Shown here: positions 55,978 through 64,000 of the stretch, piece by piece | Layout of the letters: each line of letters starts with the position of its first letter | How positions within the stretch are numbered: the stretch's first letter is position 1 | From: Acidimicrobiaceae bacterium | GTDB lineage: Bacteria; Actinomycetota; Acidimicrobiia; Actinomarinales; Actinomarinaceae | Direction of reading: 5' to 3' | Assembly: GCA_028344675.1 (NCBI GenBank) | Contig: JAOMBT010000004.1 | Coordinates: forward strand, 4,692 to 68,691 | Length of the DNA stretch: 64,000 nt | Position numbers and translations under genes: made by a program | The notes under the pieces: model-generated | What the model saw: the letters and a program-made list of their open reading frames with translations, nothing else | Told to the model about the DNA's origin: nothing | Databases searched by the model: none

Positions 55978-57326
55978 TACTTAATAACCTTTTTAAAATT
56001 AATTTTTTCTGTAAATTCTTTAAGCTGTACAAAGGTTCTTACCTCACTGTAATACTCAATTATATTTTGAAAATCCATAAATCTACTATCCCCTGTATTC
56101 CAATACTGCTTTCGCTCTGGATTCATCCAATAAATATTATCAAAAGTTTTTGATAGTTTTTCTATAGTATCTTCAGATATAGACCTGTAGTTATTTCTTG
56201 CATCACCAATTACAAGTAAAGAATTACTAGAAGATTTTATAATTTTTTTATCCGTCAAAAGTTCTTCAAAAGAACGTTGATAATCAGAGTGACCGTCAGC
56301 TTTTACATAACTATTCCAATTGCTTAAAATATTCTTAATATTATTAATTTTCATTTTTTGCAAATCTTTTGTGATCTCAGTGATGCCATCAATAAATACG
56401 AAGGCTTTTACTGACCTAAATCTCTGAACTATTCCAAATAGTAGAGTCAATCCAAATAACGAATAGAGAGCCATGGAGCCACTTATATCACATAATAAAA
56501 TCAACCTCGGTTTCTTTTTAACTCTTGGCTTAAAAACTGTACTGTATAATGACCCTCCATTTTGTAAAGACTTTCTAATCGTTTTTCTAAGATTTAATTT
56601 ACCCTTAGACAAAGAATTCGAGTGTTTTATAAATTTATTAGCTAACATCATGCCAAGAATTTTTGTTTCTTTTAGTAGTTTGTTTCTTTCTTCAGTATTT
56701 GTGTATAAAAAATCTGTTTCTTCAAGATTATCTTTTTGGCTTAGCTCATTTGGTGTGTAAGATTCCTTAACTTGATTCCTCATTTCCTGAATTAATTCAA
56801 GTAACTTCATATCTAGGTTGTTAGTGAAATTCTCTTTATTTTGACTATTAACAATCTGGTCAAGTTCAGCTTCAAATGAAATATTAAAAAACGAAATTTC
56901 ATTTTCATAAACTTTTGATTTCTTAATCTGGTTTAACCAATACATATTAGAAACTGGTCTACTGAAATCGATTTCACCAAAATTGATTAGAATATCTTTT
57001 GATATGTTGTGGAAACTAGTATTTACATCCTCTTTATATTTATCTAAATGACTGTTTTCTTTATATTCATCTAAATCAATAAAATCTAAATGTTCTTGCT
57101 GTATAACATAACCAAAATACTGACTTATTAAATCTTTTAATCGATCTTTTTCACTCTTGTTGGTAGGAAGCAGATGATACATAATTAGTAATTCATCATT
57201 AACTGTTTCTAAGTCTTGTATGTTTAAATAATTTATTACGTCACTAAATCTTTCAGATGGAAATTGTAAATTATTTTGTTTACAAATTGATGAAAAATTT
57301 ATTACATCATCAGTTTGTAAATTCAT
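55977..57326 (-). CDS. VWA-domain protein (CoxE-like)
   Basis: The C-terminal third has RLILLCDISGSM (MIDAS D-x-S-x-S) and downstream VIGDARNN. The N-terminal roughly 270 aa are unrecognisable. Confidence 0.75.
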   Translation of the reverse strand: MNLQTDDVINFSSICKQNNLQFPSERFSDVINYLNIQDLETVNDELLIMYHLLPTNKSEKDRLKDLISQYFGYVIQQEHLDFIDLDEYKENSHLDKYKEDVNTSFHNISKDILINFGEIDFSRPVSNMYWLNQIKKSKVYENEISFFNISFEAELDQIVNSQNKENFTNNLDMKLLELIQEMRNQVKESYTPNELSQKDNLEETDFLYTNTEERNKLLKETKILGMMLANKFIKHSNSLSKGKLNLRKTIRKSLQNGGSLYSTVFKPRVKKKPRLILLCDISGSMALYSLFGLTLLFGIVQRFRSVKAFVFIDGITEITKDLQKMKINNIKNILSNWNSYVKADGHSDYQRSFEELLTDKKIIKSSSNSLLVIGDARNNYRSISEDTIEKLSKTFDNIYWMNPERKQYWNTGDSRFMDFQNIIEYYSEVRTFVQLKEFTEKINFKKVIK

Positions 57327-58137
57327 TATCTTGTTTTATTTTTTCTGTGTATATTGATTGATCGTCATTATCTTTAATTAAAATTCCAATATTAGAATCT
57401 AATTTATCAAAATTGTTTTCATGATTATATTTTACCCATTCAACTGTTTCTATTAAAGAAGGTGGTTTATTTAAATTAAGTTTTCTGAGAAACGAACTAA
57501 ATAATGAGTACTTTTTAGCTTTATCTTCAGAAATTGAATCTACATTATTTAGTATAACTTTTGTCTCTATCTCTACTGATGGATAGTCTAAATAAAAATA
57601 AATACAACGCCTTCTTAAAGCTTCAGAGAGTTCCCTTGTCGCATTTGAAGTCAGAATAGTTAAGTTGTTATCTTTACCAATAATAGTTCCGAGTTCAGGA
57701 ATGGTAACTTGGTTTTCAGCTAAAACTTCCAAAAGTAAGGCTTCAAACTCTTCATCAGATCTATCAACTTCATCTACCAAAAAAAGACAGTTTTCATTTT
57801 TAATTGATTGAAGTATCGGTCTTTCAATGAGGTATTCCTCTGTAAATAAATCTCTTTCATTTTTCTCATTTTGTATAGATAAAAGTTGTTTCTTATAATT
57901 CCATTCGTAAATAGCCTTATCTTCATCTATCCCTTCATGACACTGAAGTCTAATCAATTCCTTTTGAAGTAATTTTGATAGAGTTTTTGCTAAATAAGTT
58001 TTTCCAGTTCCAGCAGGACCTTCGATTAATAACGGCTTATTAAGAAATATTGCAGCATTAACAACATCTACAAGATCACTAGATGCAAAATAATTGTGTT
58101 TTTCAAATTCTTTAATATCAACTTTTGGTAATTTCAT
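57310..58137 (-). CDS. MoxR-class AAA+ ATPase (CoxD-like)
   Basis: Walker A GPAGTGKT, Walker B LFLVDEVDR and sensor region TSNATRELSEALRRRC. 275 aa. Confidence 0.8.
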   Translation of the reverse strand: MKLPKVDIKEFEKHNYFASSDLVDVVNAAIFLNKPLLIEGPAGTGKTYLAKTLSKLLQKELIRLQCHEGIDEDKAIYEWNYKKQLLSIQNEKNERDLFTEEYLIERPILQSIKNENCLFLVDEVDRSDEEFEALLLEVLAENQVTIPELGTIIGKDNNLTILTSNATRELSEALRRRCIYFYLDYPSVEIETKVILNNVDSISEDKAKKYSLFSSFLRKLNLNKPPSLIETVEWVKYNHENNFDKLDSNIGILIKDNDDQSIYTEKIKQDNEFTN

Positions 58138-59375
58138 TTTCTAATAGTCCCTTTTCCTTTAACAACATATTTTTCTGAAGTAAGAGCTTCAAGACCCATT
58201 GGGCCTCTCACATGTAATTTTTGAGTACTAATACCAATTTCAGCACCAAATCCAAACATTTCTCCATCTGTAAATCTTGTTGAAGCATTTATAAACAGAA
58301 CGGATGAATCAATTGAGCTCGTAAAAAGTTCTGCATTTTCATCAGACTCGGTAAGTATCGATTCAGTGTGCCCTGAAGAGAATAGATTAACGTGATCTAT
58401 TGCCTCATTTATATTATCTACGACTTTGATTGCTAATTTCAAATCATGAAATTCAGTTTCATAATGCAAATCAGTTGCTACTTCAATATTTTCATAATTA
58501 CCAACTATTTTTTTATCGAGAAATAACTCTACATCTGCATCAAGTAATGCTGTAATAATTTCATTTCCCATTTCTTGGTAAATATCATTATGAATAATTA
58601 GTGTCTCTAATGCATTGCAGACTCCTGGTCTTTGCACTTTTGAATTAAGAACTATGTCTATAATGTCACTTCTTTTTGCATCAGTATGTACATAAAGATG
58701 AACATTTCCATCCCCATCAAGTATGAAGGGTACTTTGGCATTTTCAACTAAAGCATTTATTAGACCTTTTCCACCCCTTGGAACGATAAGATCGATATAG
58801 TCTGTCATTTGCATAAATTTAAGGGTATCTTCACGTTCTTTACTATCTATAAGTTGTACTATATTCTTGTCTAAATTATTTTTTAATAATGCATTTTGGA
58901 GTGTTTGTAATATTGCTTTATTTGAGTCAAGACAATAACTAGAGCCTCTTAGGATAACTGCATTACCAGATTTTAAACATAACCCAGAAACATCACTAGT
59001 GACATTTGGTCTTGCCTCATATATTACTCCTATAACTCCAAATGGATTTCTTACTTTACTAATCAATAAACCATCATCTGATTCCCACTCCTTTGTAACC
59101 TCCCCTACTGGATCGGAAAGTGGAATAATTTTCTGTAACCCATTAGACATTCCTAATATTCGTTCTTCATTAAGAGTTAGCCGATCAATTAATGCAGTAG
59201 AAAGTTTAAGTTCTTTTGAATTTTCTAAATCTAATTTATTAGAAGAAAGTATGTTATCTTTGTTATTTATCAATTCTTGCGACATGTCATAAAGGATTGT
59301 ATTCTTTTCGTCTGTACTCAATCTTGCAATAACCTTAGAAGCTTTTTGAGCATTGATTCCAATTTCATTAAACAT
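58134..59375 (-). CDS. proA: Gamma-glutamyl phosphate reductase
   Basis: GVIGVIYEARPNVT, and catalytic-Cys region PGVCNALETL. Confidence 0.93.
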   Translation of the reverse strand: MFNEIGINAQKASKVIARLSTDEKNTILYDMSQELINNKDNILSSNKLDLENSKELKLSTALIDRLTLNEERILGMSNGLQKIIPLSDPVGEVTKEWESDDGLLISKVRNPFGVIGVIYEARPNVTSDVSGLCLKSGNAVILRGSSYCLDSNKAILQTLQNALLKNNLDKNIVQLIDSKEREDTLKFMQMTDYIDLIVPRGGKGLINALVENAKVPFILDGDGNVHLYVHTDAKRSDIIDIVLNSKVQRPGVCNALETLIIHNDIYQEMGNEIITALLDADVELFLDKKIVGNYENIEVATDLHYETEFHDLKLAIKVVDNINEAIDHVNLFSSGHTESILTESDENAELFTSSIDSSVLFINASTRFTDGEMFGFGAEIGISTQKLHVRGPMGLEALTSEKYVVKGKGTIRK

Positions 59376-59414
59376 ATATAAAGGTTAATTAAGATTTCTT
59401 ATTAGTAAAATTAT

Positions 59415-60461
59415 TTACAAAATAATTAAGTCATCTTTATGGATTAAAACACTATTTTCAGTTGTATCATCTGAATCTGTTTTTGCTAATCCCTTGGCAA
59501 CAATATTTTCTTTATGAATAATTTCTATACCATCATTAATGTTAAATTTTTCATCAATATCAATAACTCCAGAGAATAGAAGTGATGCGTCATTCTTTAA
59601 AGCTAAGTATGCTCCTTCATCTATTGTTACTTTCGCACTTGGTCTCATACCATACGCAATCCATAATTTTTTTAATCTTATTTTGTTTTCTGATTCTAAA
59701 ATCAATGTTCCTACTTGTTCACCACTTATAGCTTTCGAAACATTATCTTCTGACCATGAAATAATTTGAGTTGGAATACCAGAGAATCCAGCCATTTGAG
59801 CTGCCATTATTTTTGTTGAAAAACCTCCTTGACCTTCACCATGTCCAGATATAGAAATTAGGTCAGTGAGTTGTGATGAGTCATACTGAATGAAGTCTAT
59901 AACTTTTGCATTAGAATTTTTGTCAGGGTTAAAATCATACAATCCTTTTTTATTGGTAATAATCAAAAGTTTTGATGCATTAACAATAATTGATACAATC
60001 GCAGATAAACGATCATTATCACCAAATTTTAATTCTTCTGTAGCAACAATATCATTTTCATTAATAACTGGAATTATATTTTGAGTCAATAACTCATTTA
60101 AAGCTTGTGTAGTATTGATGAATTGCTCCCTATCATCAATCAAATTTTTTGTTATTAGAACTTGTGCAATCTTTAAATTATATTCAGTAAATATTCTTTG
60201 ATATTCATTAATTAACTTTATTTGTCCAACTGAAGATGCCACTTGAAGTTTTTTCATAATAGTAGGTCTAGATTTATACCCTAACTCGTGAGCTCCTAAA
60301 CTGACAGCTCCAGAAGTAACAATTACAAAGTTATGAGAATCCTGAAGGTTTTTAATTTTTTGAGCAAGTGAAACAATAATAGGTTCCATAAGTTTTCCAT
60401 CTTTTATTAAGGAAGTAGTTCCTATTTTTATAACAACTGTTTGTTTATTTTTTGTATTCAA
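59415..60461 (-). CDS. proB: Glutamate 5-kinase (with C-terminal PUA domain)
   Basis: VVIKIGTTSL, VTSGAV, and FGDNDRLSA. Confidence 0.92.
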   Translation of the reverse strand: MNTKNKQTVVIKIGTTSLIKDGKLMEPIIVSLAQKIKNLQDSHNFVIVTSGAVSLGAHELGYKSRPTIMKKLQVASSVGQIKLINEYQRIFTEYNLKIAQVLITKNLIDDREQFINTTQALNELLTQNIIPVINENDIVATEELKFGDNDRLSAIVSIIVNASKLLIITNKKGLYDFNPDKNSNAKVIDFIQYDSSQLTDLISISGHGEGQGGFSTKIMAAQMAGFSGIPTQIISWSEDNVSKAISGEQVGTLILESENKIRLKKLWIAYGMRPSAKVTIDEGAYLALKNDASLLFSGVIDIDEKFNINDGIEIIHKENIVAKGLAKTDSDDTTENSVLIHKDDLIIL

Positions 60462-61644
60462 ACTCTAAGTTTCCTAACACTACGGTGTCGCCATTTTGTA
60501 TACCTTTGTCTTGAAGTTTTTGAGAAAGTTTGGATTTTTCAAATCTATAAAAAATCTCATTATTTACTTCTTCACTACTTCCCGATAAACCAATTATATA
60601 TTCAACAATTGAACCGGTACAAATAAACTTATTTTCTTCAAGAGAGATATTTAAATCTTCAGACTTAATAGTTATTTTTTGGAAATCCTCATAAATTCTT
60701 TCAGAGCCTTTATTGTAGATGTCTTCAATATTGTTTATAAGATTATCCAAGCCTCTTCCTTGGAGGGCAGAAATATATATATAGTTCTCATTATCATTCT
60801 CTATGGAGTCAGACTTATTTACAACTTTAATAATTGGTATTTTGCAAAGGCTCTTATCAAATTCTTCAATTTCATGAAATAACAAACTAGTTTGTTCATC
60901 TAAGGAATAGTGCTCATTTAACGGATCCAATAAATAAATTATAATTTTTGTATTTCTTAAATGTTTAAGAACTTTTTTACCCATCCCTATGCCTTCAGAT
61001 GCACCCTTTATAAGCCCAGGGAGGTCACAAATTGTTAACTTATACTCAGAGTTATTCAAAATACCTAAGTTTGGTGTTATTGTAGTGAACTCATAATCCC
61101 CTATTTTTGCTTTAGAGTTTGTTAATTGAGATATAAGTGTACTTTTACCAGCATTAGGAAGCCCAATGATTGCTAAATCTGAATATATTGAATATACAAG
61201 TTTTATATTTACTTTATGTCTTTTTTGACCTTGTTCACAAATTTGTGGATTAGGATTTCTTTTAGAAACTAAATCAAAATTTCCTCTACCCGATCGAGAA
61301 CCCTCTATAACTGTATATGAAGATTCTCTTTCATGTAAATCTGCATGAAGTTTATTGTCAATAAACACCTGAGTGCCACTTGGTACTTTAAGTTCAAGTT
61401 CTTCACCATTTTTTCCATTTTGATAATTTTTATTACCATCAGATCCATTCTCTGCTTTAAGTGAGCTATTTGAAATTATATGAGAAAGATCATGGAGGTC
61501 AGGACTTACGCTAATTTTGACAGAGCCTCCTACACCGCCGGAACCACCATTAGGAGATGACTTTGTCGAAATGTTATTAAAACTTACTGAGCCGGATCCA
61601 CCAGCTCCTGAAAAAACTGTTAGATTGATTTCATCAACGAACAT
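60445..61644 (-). CDS. obg: GTPase Obg/CgtA
   Basis: N-terminal MFVDE plus a Gly-rich Obg fold. G1 GLPNAGKST. G3 DLPGLIKGASEG. NKSD. Confidence 0.93.
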   Translation of the reverse strand: MFVDEINLTVFSGAGGSGSVSFNNISTKSSPNGGSGGVGGSVKISVSPDLHDLSHIISNSSLKAENGSDGNKNYQNGKNGEELELKVPSGTQVFIDNKLHADLHERESSYTVIEGSRSGRGNFDLVSKRNPNPQICEQGQKRHKVNIKLVYSIYSDLAIIGLPNAGKSTLISQLTNSKAKIGDYEFTTITPNLGILNNSEYKLTICDLPGLIKGASEGIGMGKKVLKHLRNTKIIIYLLDPLNEHYSLDEQTSLLFHEIEEFDKSLCKIPIIKVVNKSDSIENDNENYIYISALQGRGLDNLINNIEDIYNKGSERIYEDFQKITIKSEDLNISLEENKFICTGSIVEYIIGLSGSSEEVNNEIFYRFEKSKLSQKLQDKGIQNGDTVVLGNLEFEYKK

Positions 61645-61648
61645 AGGT

Positions 61649-61900
61649 TCATTGCGGAATTACATTAATTAATTTTCGGCCATTTCTTGTTGAGAACTTT
61701 ATAACACCATCTGCCTTTGCAAATAAGGTGTCGTCTCCACCTTTAGAAACATTTTCACCTGGATGAATTTTAGTGCCTCTTTGTCTTACAACAATAGATC
61801 CAGCAGTAATTTTTTCTCCATCATAAACTTTAGTACCAAGTCGTTTGGACTCCGAATCTCTTCCATTTCTAGTTGAACCACCAGCTTTAGTTTTTGACAT
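61649..61900 (-). CDS. rpmA: 50S ribosomal protein L27
   Basis: [22 protein letters not shown]...[10 protein letters not shown]. Confidence 0.95.
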   Translation of the reverse strand: MSKTKAGGSTRNGRDSESKRLGTKVYDGEKITAGSIVVRQRGTKIHPGENVSKGGDDTLFAKADGVIKFSTRNGRKLINVIPQ

Positions 61901-62226
61901 TACTCCTCCTCGCTTGATTCAAGGCCTTCAATATTTTTTATTTCAATAATCTTTTGGTCTTCTCTATATCCAACACGTCTTCTATTTCCAGTTTTATTTT
62001 TATATTGAAAAATACGAATTTTCTTTGATTTAGTTTGTTCTAAAAGTTCAATTTCAACTTTAAAATTTCTAAGTTCTTTTTCTTCAGTGACTATCTGTCC
62101 TTTTCTTGGACTAACTAAAATTGGAGTAAGAGATGTTTCTGAAAAGCTATTAGAGACAACTAATTTGTCACCTATAGAAACTCTTTCTTGTGAAGAGCCA
62201 ATTTTTATAACAGCGTATTTACTCAT
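61900..62226 (-). CDS. rplU: 50S ribosomal protein L21
   Basis: [16 protein letters not shown]...[16 protein letters not shown]. Confidence 0.93.
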   Translation of the reverse strand: MSKYAVIKIGSSQERVSIGDKLVVSNSFSETSLTPILVSPRKGQIVTEEKELRNFKVEIELLEQTKSKKIRIFQYKNKTGNRRRVGYREDQKIIEIKNIEGLESSEEE

Positions 62227-62233
62227 AACTCAA

Positions 62234-63700
62234 CTACTCTACTACAGCTTCCGACTCAAGCAAACCACCTTCTATTGATTTGTTAGAAAATATATCATTA
62301 ATAATTAATCCTCGGCCATTGCATTTCTCACATTCATCTGAAAAACTTTCAATTAATCCAGCAGCTACATTTTTTCTAGTCATCTCAACCAATCCAAGCC
62401 TTGAAATATCAAAGACCTGTGTTCTGGTCTTATCTTTTGCTAATTCCTGTTTGAATTTATTTAATAAATTTTGCTGTTTTTTTGTTGATTCCATATCAAT
62501 GAAGTCAATTACTATTATTCCTCCAATATCTCTTAATCTGAGTTGCCTTGCAATTTCTTCAGCAGCCTCAATATTGTTTTCATAAACGGTCTCCTCAAGG
62601 CTATTTTTTCCAACAAATTTTCCTGTATTGACATCTATTACTGTCAAGGCTTCTGTGGGATCAATAATTAAGTGTCCGCCAGATGGTAACCAAACCTTTC
62701 TATCAAGTGCTTTCTTAACTTGATCTTCAATGTGATATCTTTCAAATAAATTTAACTCATCCTGATAGTGCTCTACTATTCCAATTATCTCAGGTGATGT
62801 TTGTTCAACATAATCCTTAATTTCATCAAATTGAGGTTTTTGATCTATCAATAACTTTTTAAAAGAAGTATTCAAGTGCTCTCTAATAACTTTCAAAAAA
62901 ACATCCGGTTCTTGATGTATTAACTTTGGTGCATCGCCACTATTGTAGTTACTTACAGTTTCCCATTCTGCTACAAGCTTTTCCACATCAACCTTTAAGG
63001 ACTCTTCACTAACACCTTCAGCAGCAGTTCTAACAATTACGCCAAAATTATTAGGCTTAATTTTTCTTATAATACGATCTAATCTATCACGCTCATTATC
63101 TGATAACCTTCTTGATATACCTTTAGTCTTTGAATTAGGAATGAGAACAAGATATCTTCCTGGAAGTGAAATTTGACCAGTTAAACGTGCTCCCTTCTCG
63201 CCCATTGCATCTTTAACAACCTGAACTAGAATTTCTTGTTCAGGTTTTAACAAATTTTCAATTTTAGAACTTTTTGTTGAACCTTCAATATCCGCAACAT
63301 AAAGAACCCCATTTTTTTCTTCCCCGAAAGAAACAAATGCAGCTTCCATTCCAGGTAAGACATTTTTAACTTTTCCAAGATAAATATTTCCAACTTTTGA
63401 TTTTCCTGTATTTTCAGATGAATAATACTGAACTAAAGTTGGACCCTCTAGAATTGCTACTTTAGAAATTTCCCCTGATGAGCTTATTAACATCTGCTTT
63501 TTATCTACAGACGGTACTGGGAGGGGTGTCTCTCTAAACCAAGTAGGATTTTTTGATTTTCTATTTTGATTTTTTCGATTTGATACAGTAGTAGTACCAG
63601 ATTTAATTTTTACCTTTTGGCCATTAAACCATTTAGTAGTTGTGTCGTCTAAATTGTTACTTTTTCTGACTATTTTTGATTTCTTGAATAGACCAAACAT
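62234..63700 (-). CDS. rne: Ribonuclease E/G catalytic core (488 aa)
   Basis: S1 domain GNIYLGKVKNVLPGMEAAFVSFG. DNase-I-like block LTVIDVNTGKF. C-terminal Zn-link-like CEKCNGRG. Preceded by GGAGG 8 nt upstream of the ATG. Confidence 0.88.
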   Translation of the reverse strand: MFGLFKKSKIVRKSNNLDDTTTKWFNGQKVKIKSGTTTVSNRKNQNRKSKNPTWFRETPLPVPSVDKKQMLISSSGEISKVAILEGPTLVQYYSSENTGKSKVGNIYLGKVKNVLPGMEAAFVSFGEEKNGVLYVADIEGSTKSSKIENLLKPEQEILVQVVKDAMGEKGARLTGQISLPGRYLVLIPNSKTKGISRRLSDNERDRLDRIIRKIKPNNFGVIVRTAAEGVSEESLKVDVEKLVAEWETVSNYNSGDAPKLIHQEPDVFLKVIREHLNTSFKKLLIDQKPQFDEIKDYVEQTSPEIIGIVEHYQDELNLFERYHIEDQVKKALDRKVWLPSGGHLIIDPTEALTVIDVNTGKFVGKNSLEETVYENNIEAAEEIARQLRLRDIGGIIVIDFIDMESTKKQQNLLNKFKQELAKDKTRTQVFDISRLGLVEMTRKNVAAGLIESFSDECEKCNGRGLIINDIFSNKSIEGGLLESEAVVE

Positions 63701-63764
63701 TAAAACCTCCGTGAAGACAATTATAAAAACTTAACATAAAGTAAAGAGTAGTAGGTTTAGAAAG

Positions 63765-64000
63765 TTAAATAACAAGGTTATTTTCAATAAAAATTCTATT
63801 AATAATGCCAAAAATTGAAGATATTGCAATTATTGACGATCCCCCAAGACTGAGTAATGGAAAAGGATCTCCAGTCAAGGGAATTAAGCCCAAAACAGTT
63901 GCTATGTTGATAGAAATTTGAAGAAATAAAAGAATTATAAATCCTGAAAGCAAAAACTTCTCAAAATTTGAATCAGTTTTATTTATGAGTGAATAAACTC
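63765..64000 (-). CDS. rodA: SEDS-family peptidoglycan polymerase (RodA/FtsW-like); C-terminal part only, gene continues beyond the window end
   Basis: GLIPLTGDPFPLLSLGGSSIIA matches the SEDS P-x-T-G-x-x-L-P-F-x-S-Y-G-G-S-S block. The frame stays open to position 64000, so the track's 63953 start is a TTG inside the gene. Confidence 0.8.
   Translation of the reverse strand, partial: VYSLINKTDSNFEKFLLSGFIILLFLQISINIATVLGLIPLTGDPFPLLSLGGSSIIAISSIFGIINRIFIENNLVI

Overview
This is 64 kb of a very AT-rich, extremely compact bacterial chromosome. By eye, sampled lines run from about a quarter to a third G+C; I did not compute this. I call 63 protein genes and 3 tRNAs. I saw no rRNA, CRISPR array, transposase, integrase or prophage.

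The right half (35.3-64 kb) is almost entirely minus-strand housekeeping. The order is dnaG-glyQS-uppS-ybeY-7TM/HD-phoH-HIT-rsmE-lepA, then rpsT on the plus strand, then a holA-like gene, leuS, rsfS, nadD, proA, proB, obg, rpmA, rplU, rne and rodA. This matches the conserved actinobacterial/Gram-positive backbone. I therefore infer a genome-streamlined, low-GC marine actinobacterium (Candidatus Actinomarinales-like). That is inference from synteny and composition, not a database result.

The left half (2.4-35.2 kb) lies between ppc and a tRNA-Met. It is a roughly 33 kb, 29-gene cell-envelope glycan island containing:
- 9 glycosyltransferases
- 2 different initiating phosphoglycosyl transferases
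- 12 nucleotide-sugar enzymes
- 1 Wzx-like flippase
- 3 Wzy_C-like membrane proteins
- an LCP ligase
- a heparinase II/III-like protein

The most unusual items are:
1. An 812-aa Wzy_C/O-antigen-ligase-like protein whose outer loop is expanded to about 480 aa, with 8 cysteines and lectin-like (LamG-type) beta-sandwich sequence.
2. Four Wzy_C-type proteins within 64 kb of a Gram-positive-type genome.
3. A MoxR-ATPase/VWA pair translationally coupled inside the proB-proA...nadD housekeeping run.
4. A half-size DUF1015-like protein coupled to serC.
5. A genome architecture in which all 7 convergent gene pairs overlap at their 3' ends, leaving no intergenic terminators.

Functional calls come from motifs I could read in the supplied translations. 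No searches were run.
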